Source: an uncultured Verrucomicrobiota bacterium
GTDB lineage: Bacteria > Verrucomicrobiota > Verrucomicrobiia > Limisphaerales > UBA9464
DNA length: 64,000 bases
Assembly (NCBI GenBank): GCA_903916195.1
Contig: CAIWVP010000141.1
Span: forward strand, 27,620-91,619
Direction of reading: 5' to 3'
Positions within the stretch are counted from its first letter, which is position 1, and every line of letters starts with the position of its first letter. Position numbers and translations under genes: made by a program. This document shows positions 46,274 to 55,270 of the stretch, in pieces. The notes under the pieces were generated by a model. It saw only the letters and a list, made by a program, of their open reading frames with translations, did no database searches and was not told the DNA's origin.

Positions 46274-47638
46274 TCACTTCCCGAGACAGAACTGGGAGAA
46301 GATCGCGTCCAGCAGGTCGTCGGTCGTGGTCTTCCCGACGATCTCGCCGACCGCGTCCGCCGCGAGTCGCAGGTCGATGGCGACCAGTTCGAGGGAGGAT
46401 CCGCCGCGCAACTCGGCCGCCGCCCGTTGGATCGATCCTTGGGCCCGGCGCAGCGCGTCCGCGTGCCGCGCGTTCACCGTGATCTGCGACGGGACCGACG
46501 CCAAGCGGCCGCTCCATACGGCCCCTTCGATCGCGTCCTTGACCGCCTCGATCCCGTCCCCGCTGGAGCAGCTGGTCGCGACGCCGGTCAAGCCTTCCGG
46601 GAGCCGGAGCACCGCCGGCAGGTCGGCCTTGTTCAGGACGATGACGCGTGGCCGACCCGAGGCTTCCGCGAGCAGGCTCCGGTCGTCCTCCGTCAACGGT
46701 CCCGAGGCATCGAGGACGTGCAGGACCAGTTCCGCTTTCCCGAGCGCGGCACGGCTCCGGCGGACGCCTTCCGCCTCCACATGGTCGTCGGTCTCGCGCA
46801 GTCCCGCGGTGTCGATGAAGATGACCGGGATCCCGCGGACATCGGCGGTCTCCTCGACGGTGTCGCGGGTGGTGCCGGCGACCGGGGAGACGATCGCGCG
46901 ATCATGGCCCAGCAACTGGTTCAGCAACGACGATTTCCCTGCGTTGGGGCGGCCGATGATCGCGGCCCGGATCCCGCGTCGGAGGACCTGCCCTTCCTTG
47001 GCGGTCTTCAGGAGCCCGGCGATGAGCACGTCGCCCCGGTCGAGCCGGCCGAGCAACGTCCCGTGGGTATCCGGCGAGATGTCTTCGTCGGGGAAATCGA
47101 TATGGGCTTCGATATGCGCCGACGTCCGCATCAGGTCGTCGCGGAGCGTCTGGATGCGATGGGAAAGCGTGCCCGCGAGCTGTTCGTTCGCCGCGTCGAG
47201 CGCAAGTTCCGTCCGCGCATGGATGAGATCCGCGACGGCTTCCGCCTGCGCCAGGTCGATCCGTCCGTTGAGGAAGGCGCGCAGGGTGAACTCCCCCGGG
47301 CCGGCCGCGCGCGCTCCGGCGGCCAGGACCGCCTCGAGCACGAGCCGCGTGACGAGCACGCCGCCGTGGCAGGAGATCTCGACGGTGTCCTCGCGGGTGA
47401 AGGTCCGCGGAGCGCGCAGCACCGTGAGCAGGACCTCGTCGATGCGCCGGCCGTCGCGCACGATGTGACCGTAATGGACCGTATGGGTCGCTGCGGCGCC
47501 CGGCCGGACCGTTCGTTTGCCGGCGGGCACGAAGATCCGCTCTGCCAGGCCGACCGCATCCGGGCCGGAGATGCGGATGACGGCGAGCCCGCCTTCGCCG
47601 AGAGGCGTGGCGATCGCGGTGATGGTTCCGGATGACAT
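46274..47638 (-). CDS. mnmE: tRNA modification GTPase MnmE
   Basis: TITAIATP.GEGG, EISCHGG, GEFT.RAFLNGR.DL.QAE, GRPNAGKSSL, GTTRD, DTAG, NKAD, FCLGK. Confidence 0.98.
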   Translation of the reverse strand: MSSGTITAIATPLGEGGLAVIRISGPDAVGLAERIFVPAGKRTVRPGAAATHTVHYGHIVRDGRRIDEVLLTVLRAPRTFTREDTVEISCHGGVLVTRLVLEAVLAAGARAAGPGEFTLRAFLNGRIDLAQAEAVADLIHARTELALDAANEQLAGTLSHRIQTLRDDLMRTSAHIEAHIDFPDEDISPDTHGTLLGRLDRGDVLIAGLLKTAKEGQVLRRGIRAAIIGRPNAGKSSLLNQLLGHDRAIVSPVAGTTRDTVEETADVRGIPVIFIDTAGLRETDDHVEAEGVRRSRAALGKAELVLHVLDASGPLTEDDRSLLAEASGRPRVIVLNKADLPAVLRLPEGLTGVATSCSSGDGIEAVKDAIEGAVWSGRLASVPSQITVNARHADALRRAQGSIQRAAAELRGGSSLELVAIDLRLAADAVGEIVGKTTTDDLLDAIFSQFCLGK

Positions 47639-47673
47639 GGGGGGCGATGGCGGTCCCGGATCCTCGGGCTGCT

Positions 47674-47928
47674 TCAGCGATGGCCGCAGTTGCCGGCCGC
47701 GTTCTCGGTGTCGCGGCCCTGCAAGAACAGGCGCGCCTTCTCGTGGCTCCGCTTGTGGAGGTAATGCAGGAGTTCGGGAGCGGTGCCCGGAGGGAGTCGC
47801 CCGATCGCAACGTCCAATCCGGCCAAGATGGGCCGGAGATCCGGCTTGGCGGAGGCCGTCCGCATCCCGGCGACGGCGGAATCGAGGACCAGCAACTGGT
47901 CGAGGACAGCTTGTTCGGCGGCGTTCAT
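47674..47928 (-). CDS. Small hypothetical protein (HYL.KRS.EKA..FL motif)
   Basis: 84-aa helical ORF co-oriented upstream of mnmE. Confidence 0.65.
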   Translation of the reverse strand: MNAAEQAVLDQLLVLDSAVAGMRTASAKPDLRPILAGLDVAIGRLPPGTAPELLHYLHKRSHEKARLFLQGRDTENAAGNCGHR

Positions 47929-48013
47929 GGGGCGATGGGTAGCGCTTAAGGAGTGCCGATCCAAGCCTGACCGTTGCGTCCCGCATCGGGCTGGGGCAAC
48001 TTGCAGCACACGA

Positions 48014-49087
48014 ATGCGAATCTTCCTCCGCGAACCGCTCGTCGTCGGCCTGTTGGCGTTGGTGCTCGGCTCCGGGGTCCTGGCCGCGGATGCCGCGGGT
48101 GCGCCTCCTGCGGCGACCGTCGCAGGGGCTGCGGTCGTCCTGGCGAAGGGGAAAGGCGTGACCATCACGAGGCGGGACCTGGACGAGGTCTACGAGCGGA
48201 TCCAGACCGGTCTGATGAACGTCGGACAACTGCTCGCACCTGAACGGCGCGAGCAGTTCCAAGCGCAGGTCCTCGACCAGATCATCTTCGTGAAACTATG
48301 CGAGGCGCGCGCGACCGATGCGGACAAGACCCGCGCCCGCTTCGAGTCCGATGCGTTCGTCCGCGGGTTGCGCGACGAAGCCGGGGACGAAGCAGGTTTC
48401 CAGCGCCGGATCATGCGGGCGGGATACACGGAGCCCGTCTTCTTGAAGGAGAAATTCCTGGAGACCCTCGCCACCACGGTCGTGGACCGCGAGTTGAAGT
48501 CCAAGATCATCATCACCGACGTGCCCCTGCGGAAGGCCTACGCCGATGCTCCCGCGCGGTGGACCAAGCCGGAAACGGTGCGGATCACCCAGCTGCTGGT
48601 CTCCACCCGCGACTTGGTCACCGGCCAGGAACTTTCGGAGGAAGCGAAGAAGGAGAAGCTCAAGACGGCATCCGCGCTTCGTGCGCGCGCCGAGAAGGGC
48701 GAGGATTTCGCCGGCCTGGTCCGGCAGTCCAGCGACGACACGGCGTCGCGGGCGCGGGGCGGTGGATACACGTTCACGCGGGGCCAGATGGTGATCGAGC
48801 TCGAGGCCGCCGCGTTCAGCATGAAGCCCGGCCAGCTCAGCGATGTGGTGGCGAGCCATTACGGCTACCATCTGATCAAACTGCTCGAGAAGGCGCCGGC
48901 TTCTGTCCGGCCGTTCGACGAGGTGAAGGCGGGTATCCGCGACGAGATGGTGGCGATGGAGCTCAAGAAGCAGCTGCCCGGCTATGGCACCCGGCTGCGC
49001 GATGAAGCCGGTCTCCAGTTGACCGCGCTCGCCCCCAAGGCGCCTTCGTCGGGCGGATCCGACGCGGCGGTCCCGCCCGCGAAGTGA
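48014..49087 (+). CDS. PpiC-type peptidylprolyl isomerase (SurA/PrsA-like)
   Basis: Signal peptide, SurA-like N-domain, GEDFA.L....SDD..S..RGG, F.RGQM, S.VV.S.YGYHLIK. Confidence 0.9.
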   Translation: MRIFLREPLVVGLLALVLGSGVLAADAAGAPPAATVAGAAVVLAKGKGVTITRRDLDEVYERIQTGLMNVGQLLAPERREQFQAQVLDQIIFVKLCEARATDADKTRARFESDAFVRGLRDEAGDEAGFQRRIMRAGYTEPVFLKEKFLETLATTVVDRELKSKIIITDVPLRKAYADAPARWTKPETVRITQLLVSTRDLVTGQELSEEAKKEKLKTASALRARAEKGEDFAGLVRQSSDDTASRARGGGYTFTRGQMVIELEAAAFSMKPGQLSDVVASHYGYHLIKLLEKAPASVRPFDEVKAGIRDEMVAMELKKQLPGYGTRLRDEAGLQLTALAPKAPSSGGSDAAVPPAK

Positions 49088-49219
49088 CCGTTGCCGCGCG
49101 TCGGCCGGCGATCCGTCCCGCCGGAAGCCCCGGGTCCCGCTTCGTTCTCCGATGATGATATCGAGGGACGGAACCTCCGGGCTGGTGCCTGTCCCGGTGT
49201 TCAGCCATTCTTCGTGTGC

Positions 49220-49555
49220 ATGTTCCAGAAGGGCCAGAAAGTGGTTTGCATCGACGACGAGTTCCCGCCGCATGCGCACGAGCTGTTCGACCGGGTCCCG
49301 AAGAAGGATTCGGTCTATACCGTCCGGGCGATCTATATCGGACGAGGCAACTACACCAAGGACGAGAGCGGGAAGAAGGACGGCGAGATCGGCGTCCTTC
49401 TCGAAGAGATCCGCAACCCGGCCGATCCGTCGCTGCGCGCGGGTCTGAACGGTGAGCTGGGATTCAATTCCGAGAGATTCGCCCCGTTGCTGGACAACGA
49501 GGACGAGATCCTCCGGACCGCCGAGAAGGAAGACAAAGACCTGGTGCCGGCCTGA
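49220..49555 (+). CDS. Hypothetical protein (small beta-barrel-like; GQKVVC.DD, YTVR, LEEI.NP, GF..ERF)
   Basis: 111-aa ORF with strong coding-like codon bias. Confidence 0.7.
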   Translation: MFQKGQKVVCIDDEFPPHAHELFDRVPKKDSVYTVRAIYIGRGNYTKDESGKKDGEIGVLLEEIRNPADPSLRAGLNGELGFNSERFAPLLDNEDEILRTAEKEDKDLVPA

Positions 49556-49635
49556 TCCGGGACGGCCTCGGCCGAGAGAAGGACATCGGATATCCGATGT
49601 CCTTTCTGCTCTTGCCCTCCCGGCCCGGGCTCTCC

Positions 49636-50901
49636 TCAGTGCGCTGCCTTGCCGGAGACCTCGGCGGCGTGCTGGGAGAACGATTTGCCCCGGCCCGTCG
49701 GGGCGATGACGGAATCGATGATGCCCCGCTCGAACTCGTCCCACATCGGCGACATGCCGCGGAGCTTCGTGGCGATCTTGGCGAAGGTCTCGACCGTGTA
49801 GTCGATGTCCTCTTCGGTGTTCATCATGCCGAGGGTCATGATGATGTTGCCCTGCGCGAGCGCGTGGTCGAGGCCGATGGCGCCGAGCACGTGGGAGACC
49901 TTGAGCGACTTGCTGACGCAGCTCGAACCGCTCGCGACCGCGATGCCGTTGAGGTCGCAGAGCAGGAGCTGGCCCTCGCCCTCGATGAACTCGGTGGAGA
50001 GGTTGAGGTTGGTCGAGACGCGCTTCGGCCCGGGTTCGGCGCCGTTGAGCTTGATGTAGGTGATCTTCGACCGGAGGCCGTCCCACAGGCGCTTCTGCAG
50101 ATGCGCGGTATGGGCGATGCGCTTGGGCAACTCGGGGAGCGCGATCTCCGCGGCCATGCCGCCACCGACGATGGCGGGGACGTTCTCGGTGCCGGCGCGG
50201 CGTCCGCCTTCCTGCACGCCGCCGTGCATCATCGAGACGATGCGGGCCTTCTTGTTGCGGTAGAGCACGCCCACGCCTTTCGGTCCGTAGAACCGGTGCG
50301 GAGAGAAGCTGACCAATGCCGCGCCAAATTCCTTCACATTGATGGGCAGCCAACCGGCGCTGGCCTCGCAATCGACGTAGAGCGGCACGCCCTTCTCGGC
50401 GCAGACCTTGCCGACCTCGCGCATCGGCTGGACCGTGCCGATGTCGTGGTTCACATGGTGGACGGCGACGAGGACGGTCTGCGGGGTGATGGCGGCACGC
50501 AGTTCATCCAGCTTGAGCACGCCCTCGGCATCGACGCCGACGCGGGTGCAGGTCCAGCCCTGCTTCTCGAGGAACTCGATAGAATTGATGACGCTCGGAT
50601 GCTCGGTCGCGGAGATGACGAGGTGCTTGCCTTTGCGCTCGTTCGCGTAGGCCACGCCCTTGATCGCGAGGTTGGCGGACTCCGTGCCGTCGGAGGTGAA
50701 GAAGATCTCCTCTTCGCTGTCGGCACCGATCAGCGCCGCCATCTGTTGACGGGCCTTCTTGAGGGCATCGCGGACGCGCAACCCGTGCTGGTGGAGCGAC
50801 GACGGGTTGCCGAAGGCCTCGGTGAAGAACGGCTTCATCGCGTCGAAGACTTCGGGCAGCACCGGCGTGCTGGACTGATGGTCGAGAAAAACGTGGCGCA
50901 T
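49636..50901 (-). CDS. iscS: IscS/NifS-family cysteine desulfurase homolog lacking the PLP lysine
   Basis: GNPSS.H, TES.NLAIKG, EHPSV, YGPKG.G, GG.QE.G.RAGTEN, SGSSC, SP.W; SPHR in place of SGHK. Confidence 0.9.
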   Translation of the reverse strand: MRHVFLDHQSSTPVLPEVFDAMKPFFTEAFGNPSSLHQHGLRVRDALKKARQQMAALIGADSEEEIFFTSDGTESANLAIKGVAYANERKGKHLVISATEHPSVINSIEFLEKQGWTCTRVGVDAEGVLKLDELRAAITPQTVLVAVHHVNHDIGTVQPMREVGKVCAEKGVPLYVDCEASAGWLPINVKEFGAALVSFSPHRFYGPKGVGVLYRNKKARIVSMMHGGVQEGGRRAGTENVPAIVGGGMAAEIALPELPKRIAHTAHLQKRLWDGLRSKITYIKLNGAEPGPKRVSTNLNLSTEFIEGEGQLLLCDLNGIAVASGSSCVSKSLKVSHVLGAIGLDHALAQGNIIMTLGMMNTEEDIDYTVETFAKIATKLRGMSPMWDEFERGIIDSVIAPTGRGKSFSQHAAEVSGKAAH

Positions 50902-50920
50902 AGGTCGGTGGCGGTCGCCG

Positions 50921-51244
50921 TCAGGCGTTGGGCAGGAAATAGAAACGGAAGCCGCCTTCGCGCAGCAGGAGGAAACCACGCACGGTCTCGTCCCCGAACA
51001 CCTCGTCCAACACCTGCAGGTTGGCTGCTTGCGGGTCGAGTTCGTGCCGGCCCAGGTCCATGGCACCCACCCCGAAGGCCACAGCGAGGTCGAAGCTCTC
51101 TTCCGGGTTCAAGGCGACGAAGACGTTGGTCACGACGGTCGAGCCTTCCGGGACCTTGGCGTAGTCGGACGCGGGATATTCCAGGCCGTCCAAGACCTTT
51201 TGGGAGAAAGGACCGATGGCGATGATCTGGGCGGCGGATTCCAT
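50921..51244 (-). CDS. Hypothetical protein between iscU and iscS
   Basis: 107-aa acidic ORF ending GFRFYFLPNA; stop 19 nt upstream of the iscS start. Confidence 0.7.
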   Translation of the reverse strand: MESAAQIIAIGPFSQKVLDGLEYPASDYAKVPEGSTVVTNVFVALNPEESFDLAVAFGVGAMDLGRHELDPQAANLQVLDEVFGDETVRGFLLLREGGFRFYFLPNA

Positions 51245-51272
51245 TTTCGGACGGGTCAGCTGGGCAAGTGAC

Positions 51273-51318
51273 AAAAAATCCTGCGACGGAAAGGCGCGAA
51301 CCTTCCAGCCGCAGGGAT
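51273..51318 (-). terminator. Hairpin plus U-tract downstream of iscU
   Basis: Minus strand ATCCCTGCGGCTGGAAGG-TTCGCG-CCTTTCCGTCGCAGGA-TTTTTT. Confidence 0.7.
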
Positions 51319-51338
51319 CCATCGGGGTCGGCTCCGGT

Positions 51339-51767
51339 TCAGGCCGCGACGGTCTCCGCCTGACCTGCTTTGGCAGCGGCCTCGGGGTGCTTCTTCATGT
51401 AGTCCTCCAGCGCGGCCTTGAGCGCTTCCTCGGCGAGGACAGAGCAGTGGATCTTCACCGGGGGCAGGCCGCCGAGGGCGTCCACGACCTCTTGGTTCGA
51501 GAAATCCATCGCCTCGGCGATGGTGCGGCCCTTGATGAGCTCGGTGGCCATGCTGGAGCTGGCGATCGCCGAGCCGCAGCCGAAGGTCTTGAAGCGGGCG
51601 TCCTCGATCTTGCCGTCCTTGATCTTGATGGAGATCTTCATGATGTCGCCGCAGGCGGCCGCGCCGACCTCGCCCACGCCGTCGGCGTCCTTGATGTCGC
51701 CCATGTTGCGGGGATTCATGAAGTGTTCCATGACCGTCGGATTGTAAAGGGTATAGGTATCGCTCAT
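51339..51767 (-). CDS. iscU: Fe-S cluster assembly scaffold IscU/NifU-N
   Basis: HF.NPRN.G, ACGD, FKTFGCGSAIASSS, LPPVKIHC. Confidence 0.97.
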   Translation of the reverse strand: MSDTYTLYNPTVMEHFMNPRNMGDIKDADGVGEVGAAACGDIMKISIKIKDGKIEDARFKTFGCGSAIASSSMATELIKGRTIAEAMDFSNQEVVDALGGLPPVKIHCSVLAEEALKAALEDYMKKHPEAAAKAGQAETVAA

Positions 51768-51810
51768 AGGTCCAGATCAGTTGAAAGTTCGAAGTGTTCG
51801 GACGGGAAGA

Positions 51811-52332
51811 TCAAGGGGTCGCGGCCAAGTGGGTCGCGGTCGCGGTCGCGGTCGCGGTGGTCCGTTGCGGACGGAAGACCATGGGCATGCGGGAGCGGGC
51901 TCGGGCGTCTTTCACCAGGCCGGCAGGGATGTGCCGGCCGGCGAGCTGGGCCACGGTGGTTCCGGCGAAGACTTCTTTCACCTTGTCCTGCGCCTCGGAG
52001 AACAAGCTGCACAGCGCGCATCCCCCTGCGTGCTCGCAGCCGGCCTCTTCGTCGAGGCAACGGGTCAGCGCCACCGGGCCTTCGACGGCCTCGATGACTT
52101 CGAGCGCGGTGATCAGCGCCGGGGACCGGGTCAGCACGAAGCCGCCGCCGGATCCGCGGCTGGATTTCACCAGGCCGGCGCGGGCGAGGCTCTGGAAGAT
52201 CTTGCCAAGGAAGCTCACGGGCACGTCCTCCTCGCGGGCGATCACGTCCAGCATCGCGACCTCGGCCGGGCCTCGCCGGGTGAGGGCGAGAAGGCCGAGC
52301 ATGGCGTATTCGCTGGCGCGGGTGACTTGCAT
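51811..52332 (-). CDS. Rrf2 family transcriptional regulator (IscR-like, three Cys)
   Basis: wHTH with SFL.KI.Q.L..AGLV.S.RG..GGF.L; C-x6-C-x5-C. Confidence 0.92.
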   Translation of the reverse strand: MQVTRASEYAMLGLLALTRRGPAEVAMLDVIAREEDVPVSFLGKIFQSLARAGLVKSSRGSGGGFVLTRSPALITALEVIEAVEGPVALTRCLDEEAGCEHAGGCALCSLFSEAQDKVKEVFAGTTVAQLAGRHIPAGLVKDARARSRMPMVFRPQRTTATATATATHLAATP

Positions 52333-52350
52333 CTCGGGGTTCTTTTCGTG

Positions 52351-52408
52351 AACCGGACTGATTCAGTCCGGTTGCCGGTCACGTTAGTCGGCGGCACCTC
52401 GGTGTCAA
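52351..52408 (-). promoter_or_regulatory. Promoter and 11-1-11 palindromic operator of the rrf2-isc operon
   Basis: Minus strand TTGACA-N16-TAACGT, then perfect IR AACCGGACTGA-T-TCAGTCCGGTT at 52351-52373. Confidence 0.85.
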
Positions 52409-52447
52409 ACCGCTTTCCCTGCCGTGGCGGTCCGACACACTCGCCGC

Positions 52448-52951
52448 GTGCCGCACTCTCTTTGGGCCACCTTCATCGAGCTGATCCGTGTGCCGTTCCA
52501 CCACGAGGACCTCGTCTGGGGCATCGTGCCGCTCTACTTCAGCTGGGTGGTGAACGAGCTGACCTCGTCGCGGGCATCGTTCAGCACGGCGATCCAGACC
52601 GGCTTCGCGCTGCTCTGGGCAGGCGCCCATTGGGCGTGGGTCGCGACGGGTCACGGACGGGCCAAGCTTCCGCACCTCGGCACCGAGACGCTGCTCGCGG
52701 TGAACACCGGCGTCACGTTGCTCGTGCTGGTGCTGGGCGCGCTGGCGTTGTGGAGCGGGTTGCGGCGGCGGTATCCGAAAGGGATGCGGTTCCTCGGCCA
52801 CACGCGGTCCGTCGCGTACTTCATGATCGCCATCTTCCCGATCCAATCCGGCTATCTCGTGTGGTCGTGGCCCCGGGTGTGCGCCATCGCGGTCTTCGCG
52901 GTGCCGCTCTGGCTGGTCCTGCACTTCGCGCTGATGCCGGTGCGGAAGTGA
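52448..52951 (+). CDS. Hypothetical multi-pass membrane protein
   Basis: About 5 hydrophobic segments; start 52448 or 52424. Confidence 0.7.
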   Translation: MPHSLWATFIELIRVPFHHEDLVWGIVPLYFSWVVNELTSSRASFSTAIQTGFALLWAGAHWAWVATGHGRAKLPHLGTETLLAVNTGVTLLVLVLGALALWSGLRRRYPKGMRFLGHTRSVAYFMIAIFPIQSGYLVWSWPRVCAIAVFAVPLWLVLHFALMPVRK

Positions 52952-52960
52952 ACAGGCCAG

Positions 52961-53072
52961 CGTGCTGCCGTGCGTCCCGCCGGCAGGGGGGCGGACATGG
53001 CCCGGGCGCGCCAGTGTTGGTCCGCGGCTCACCTGACCAGGCCGCTTCTGTCGGCAAGATGCCGGCGTCACG
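52961..53072. repeat. Degenerate REP-like inverted repeat
   Basis: CGTGCTGCCGTGCGTCCCGCCGGCAG ... CTGTCGGCAAGATGCCGGCGTCACG. Confidence 0.55.
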
Positions 53073-53156
53073 TTGCTCAAAGATCGGCACAACCTCGCCC
53101 TTCGGCGTGTCAGCTGGACCGTTGCACCCGCGCATTCCGCACCGCACCTTCCCTGC

Positions 53157-53366
53157 ATGCGCGAGTTCTTCACCGGGCCGGTCATCAAGACCGAGCTGCT
53201 GGTCGTGTGGTTGGAGAAGCACGGCATCGCCGCGGTCCAAGAATTCACCGACCCGGAGGCCCCGGACGACGGCGACCTGGACCGCGAAGCCAAGGTGTTG
53301 CTGCCCGAGGCCGACTACGACCGCGCCTGGCGGCTCTTCTACGCGGATCGCCAAGACGAACTATGA
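53157..53366 (+). CDS. DUF2007-like small protein
   Basis: ELL...LE.HGI.A ... KVL.PE.DY.RA pattern. Confidence 0.65.
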   Translation: MREFFTGPVIKTELLVVWLEKHGIAAVQEFTDPEAPDDGDLDREAKVLLPEADYDRAWRLFYADRQDEL

Positions 53367-53581
53367 ACCTGACCGAACTGGCCGCCCGTCTGGCGAAACT
53401 GGAGTCCGACCACGCCCATCTTGAGCGCCAATACGACGAACTGAACGGCGTGGCCATCGACCAAGGCAAGCTGCTCTCGCGGCTCCAGAAGAAGCTCGGC
53501 CAGATCGACGAGGCCATGCAGTCGCAGGACCTCGAACGCGTCCGCGAGACGAACCAGAAGCCGCCGCACTACGCGCCTTGA
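53363..53581 (+). CDS. slyX: SlyX family protein
   Basis: RL..LE...AHLE....ELN....Q coiled coil ending KPPHY. Confidence 0.85.
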   Translation: MNLTELAARLAKLESDHAHLERQYDELNGVAIDQGKLLSRLQKKLGQIDEAMQSQDLERVRETNQKPPHYAP

Positions 53582-53587
53582 ACGGCG

Positions 53588-55270
53588 TCAGCGCGCCTTG
53601 AGCATCTCCTCGGCGTGCCGGCGCGAGGCGGTCGTGGCGCCACCGAGCATGCGCGCCAGTTCTTCGACGCGTCCGGCGTCGTCGAGCAGCACGATCTGCG
53701 ATTCGGTGCGGCCTCCGATGATGGATTTGCTGACCACGTAATGCGCGTCGCCGTGGGCGGCGACCGGCGCGAGGTGGGTGATGCAGAGGACCTGATGCGT
53801 CCGGGCGATCTGGCGCATCTTCTCGCCGACGGCGGTCGCGGTCTCGCCGCCGACGTTGGCGTCGACCTCGTCGAAAACGAGCACCGGGACCTCGTCCTCG
53901 GCGGCGAGGACGGTCTTGAGCGCGAGCATCACGCGGGCGAGCTCGCCGCTGGAGGCGATGGCCCGGAGCGGTCGGGCCGGTTCTCCGGGGTTCGGCGCGA
54001 ACTGGAACTCGATGTCGTCGGCCCCGGTCGGGACGTGGGCGGTCGTCCCGTCCGGACGGGGCGCGCGGCGCGTGAGCTGGACGTCGAAGGAACTTTGCTT
54101 GAACCCGAGCGCCGAGAGCTCCTTGGCGACCGACTTCGAGAGCCTCGGGACGAGTTTCTTCCGTCCGGCCGAGAGCGCGCGGCCGGCGGCGTCGAGTTCG
54201 GCGTCAAGCCGGGCGAGGGCCTGGTCGAGGCGGGCGACTTCTTGGTCGCGGCCTTCGAGCGCGGCGAGCCTCTCGGCGGCACGGGCACCGGTCTCGATCA
54301 CCTCGGCGAGCGATCCGCCGTGCTTGCGTTGGAGCGAGTGGATGAGGTCGAGGCGGGCTTCGACCTCGGCGAGCCGCGCGGGATCGACCTCGATCTTGTC
54401 GGCGTAGCGGGCGAGGTCGGTCTGGAGGTCGCGGAGCACGGACACCGCCTGGCCCTGGGCTTCGGTGAGCGGGGCCGCGGCGGGGTCGAGCCGATGCAGA
54501 TCCTGCAGGACGCGGCCGAGCGCGCCGAGCCGGACGAGGAGAGCGTCGTCGTCCTCGCCGAGCGCGCCGAGGGCGGCCTGCGAGAGCCCGAGGAGCTTCG
54601 CGGCGTTGCTGGCGCGGTTGAACTCGGCCTCGATCTCCTCCGCTTCGCCGGGGCGCAGCCGTGCTTCCGTGATCTCGCGGGTCTGGAACCGCAGCAGGTC
54701 GAGCTGCTGGGCGTAGGTCCGTTCGTCCACGATGAGCGCCGCCTTCTCCGCCTCGGTCCCGGCGCGGCGCCTCACCAGCGCCGAGAAGGCGTCGCGCTCC
54801 GGGCCGAGCCCGCCGAACGCGTCGAGGATCGCGAGCTGCTTCGCCGGTTGGAGCAGCGACTGGTGCTCGTGCGGTCCGTGCAGGTCGACGAGCCATTCGC
54901 CGAGCGCGGCGAGCGTGGCGAGCGTGGTGGGCGAACCGTTGACGAACTGCCGGTTGGTGCCGGCCGCGGTGAAGGTGCGCTTGAGCACGAGCTGCCCGTC
55001 CTCGCAGGGCTCCAGACCGTTCTCGTCGAGGAACGCGCCGAGCGGCGCCCGCAGGCCGCGGACGTCCAGCACGGCCTCGACCGCGCAGGCGTCGGCTCCG
55101 CTGCGGATGGACGTCCGGTCGGCGCGTTGGCCGAGCACCAGGTCCAAGGCGCCGAGGATGACGGACTTGCCCGCGCCGGTCTCGCCGGTGATGACGCACA
55201 GCCCCGGGCGCAGCTCCAGCGTGAGGTCGGCCACGAGGGCGAGGTTCTTGATGCGGAGCGAGGTGAGCAC
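53588..55270 (-). CDS. recN: DNA repair protein RecN
   Basis: [64 protein letters not shown]. Confidence 0.97.
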   Translation of the reverse strand: MLTSLRIKNLALVADLTLELRPGLCVITGETGAGKSVILGALDLVLGQRADRTSIRSGADACAVEAVLDVRGLRAPLGAFLDENGLEPCEDGQLVLKRTFTAAGTNRQFVNGSPTTLATLAALGEWLVDLHGPHEHQSLLQPAKQLAILDAFGGLGPERDAFSALVRRRAGTEAEKAALIVDERTYAQQLDLLRFQTREITEARLRPGEAEEIEAEFNRASNAAKLLGLSQAALGALGEDDDALLVRLGALGRVLQDLHRLDPAAAPLTEAQGQAVSVLRDLQTDLARYADKIEVDPARLAEVEARLDLIHSLQRKHGGSLAEVIETGARAAERLAALEGRDQEVARLDQALARLDAELDAAGRALSAGRKKLVPRLSKSVAKELSALGFKQSSFDVQLTRRAPRPDGTTAHVPTGADDIEFQFAPNPGEPARPLRAIASSGELARVMLALKTVLAAEDEVPVLVFDEVDANVGGETATAVGEKMRQIARTHQVLCITHLAPVAAHGDAHYVVSKSIIGGRTESQIVLLDDAGRVEELARMLGGATTASRRHAEEMLKAR

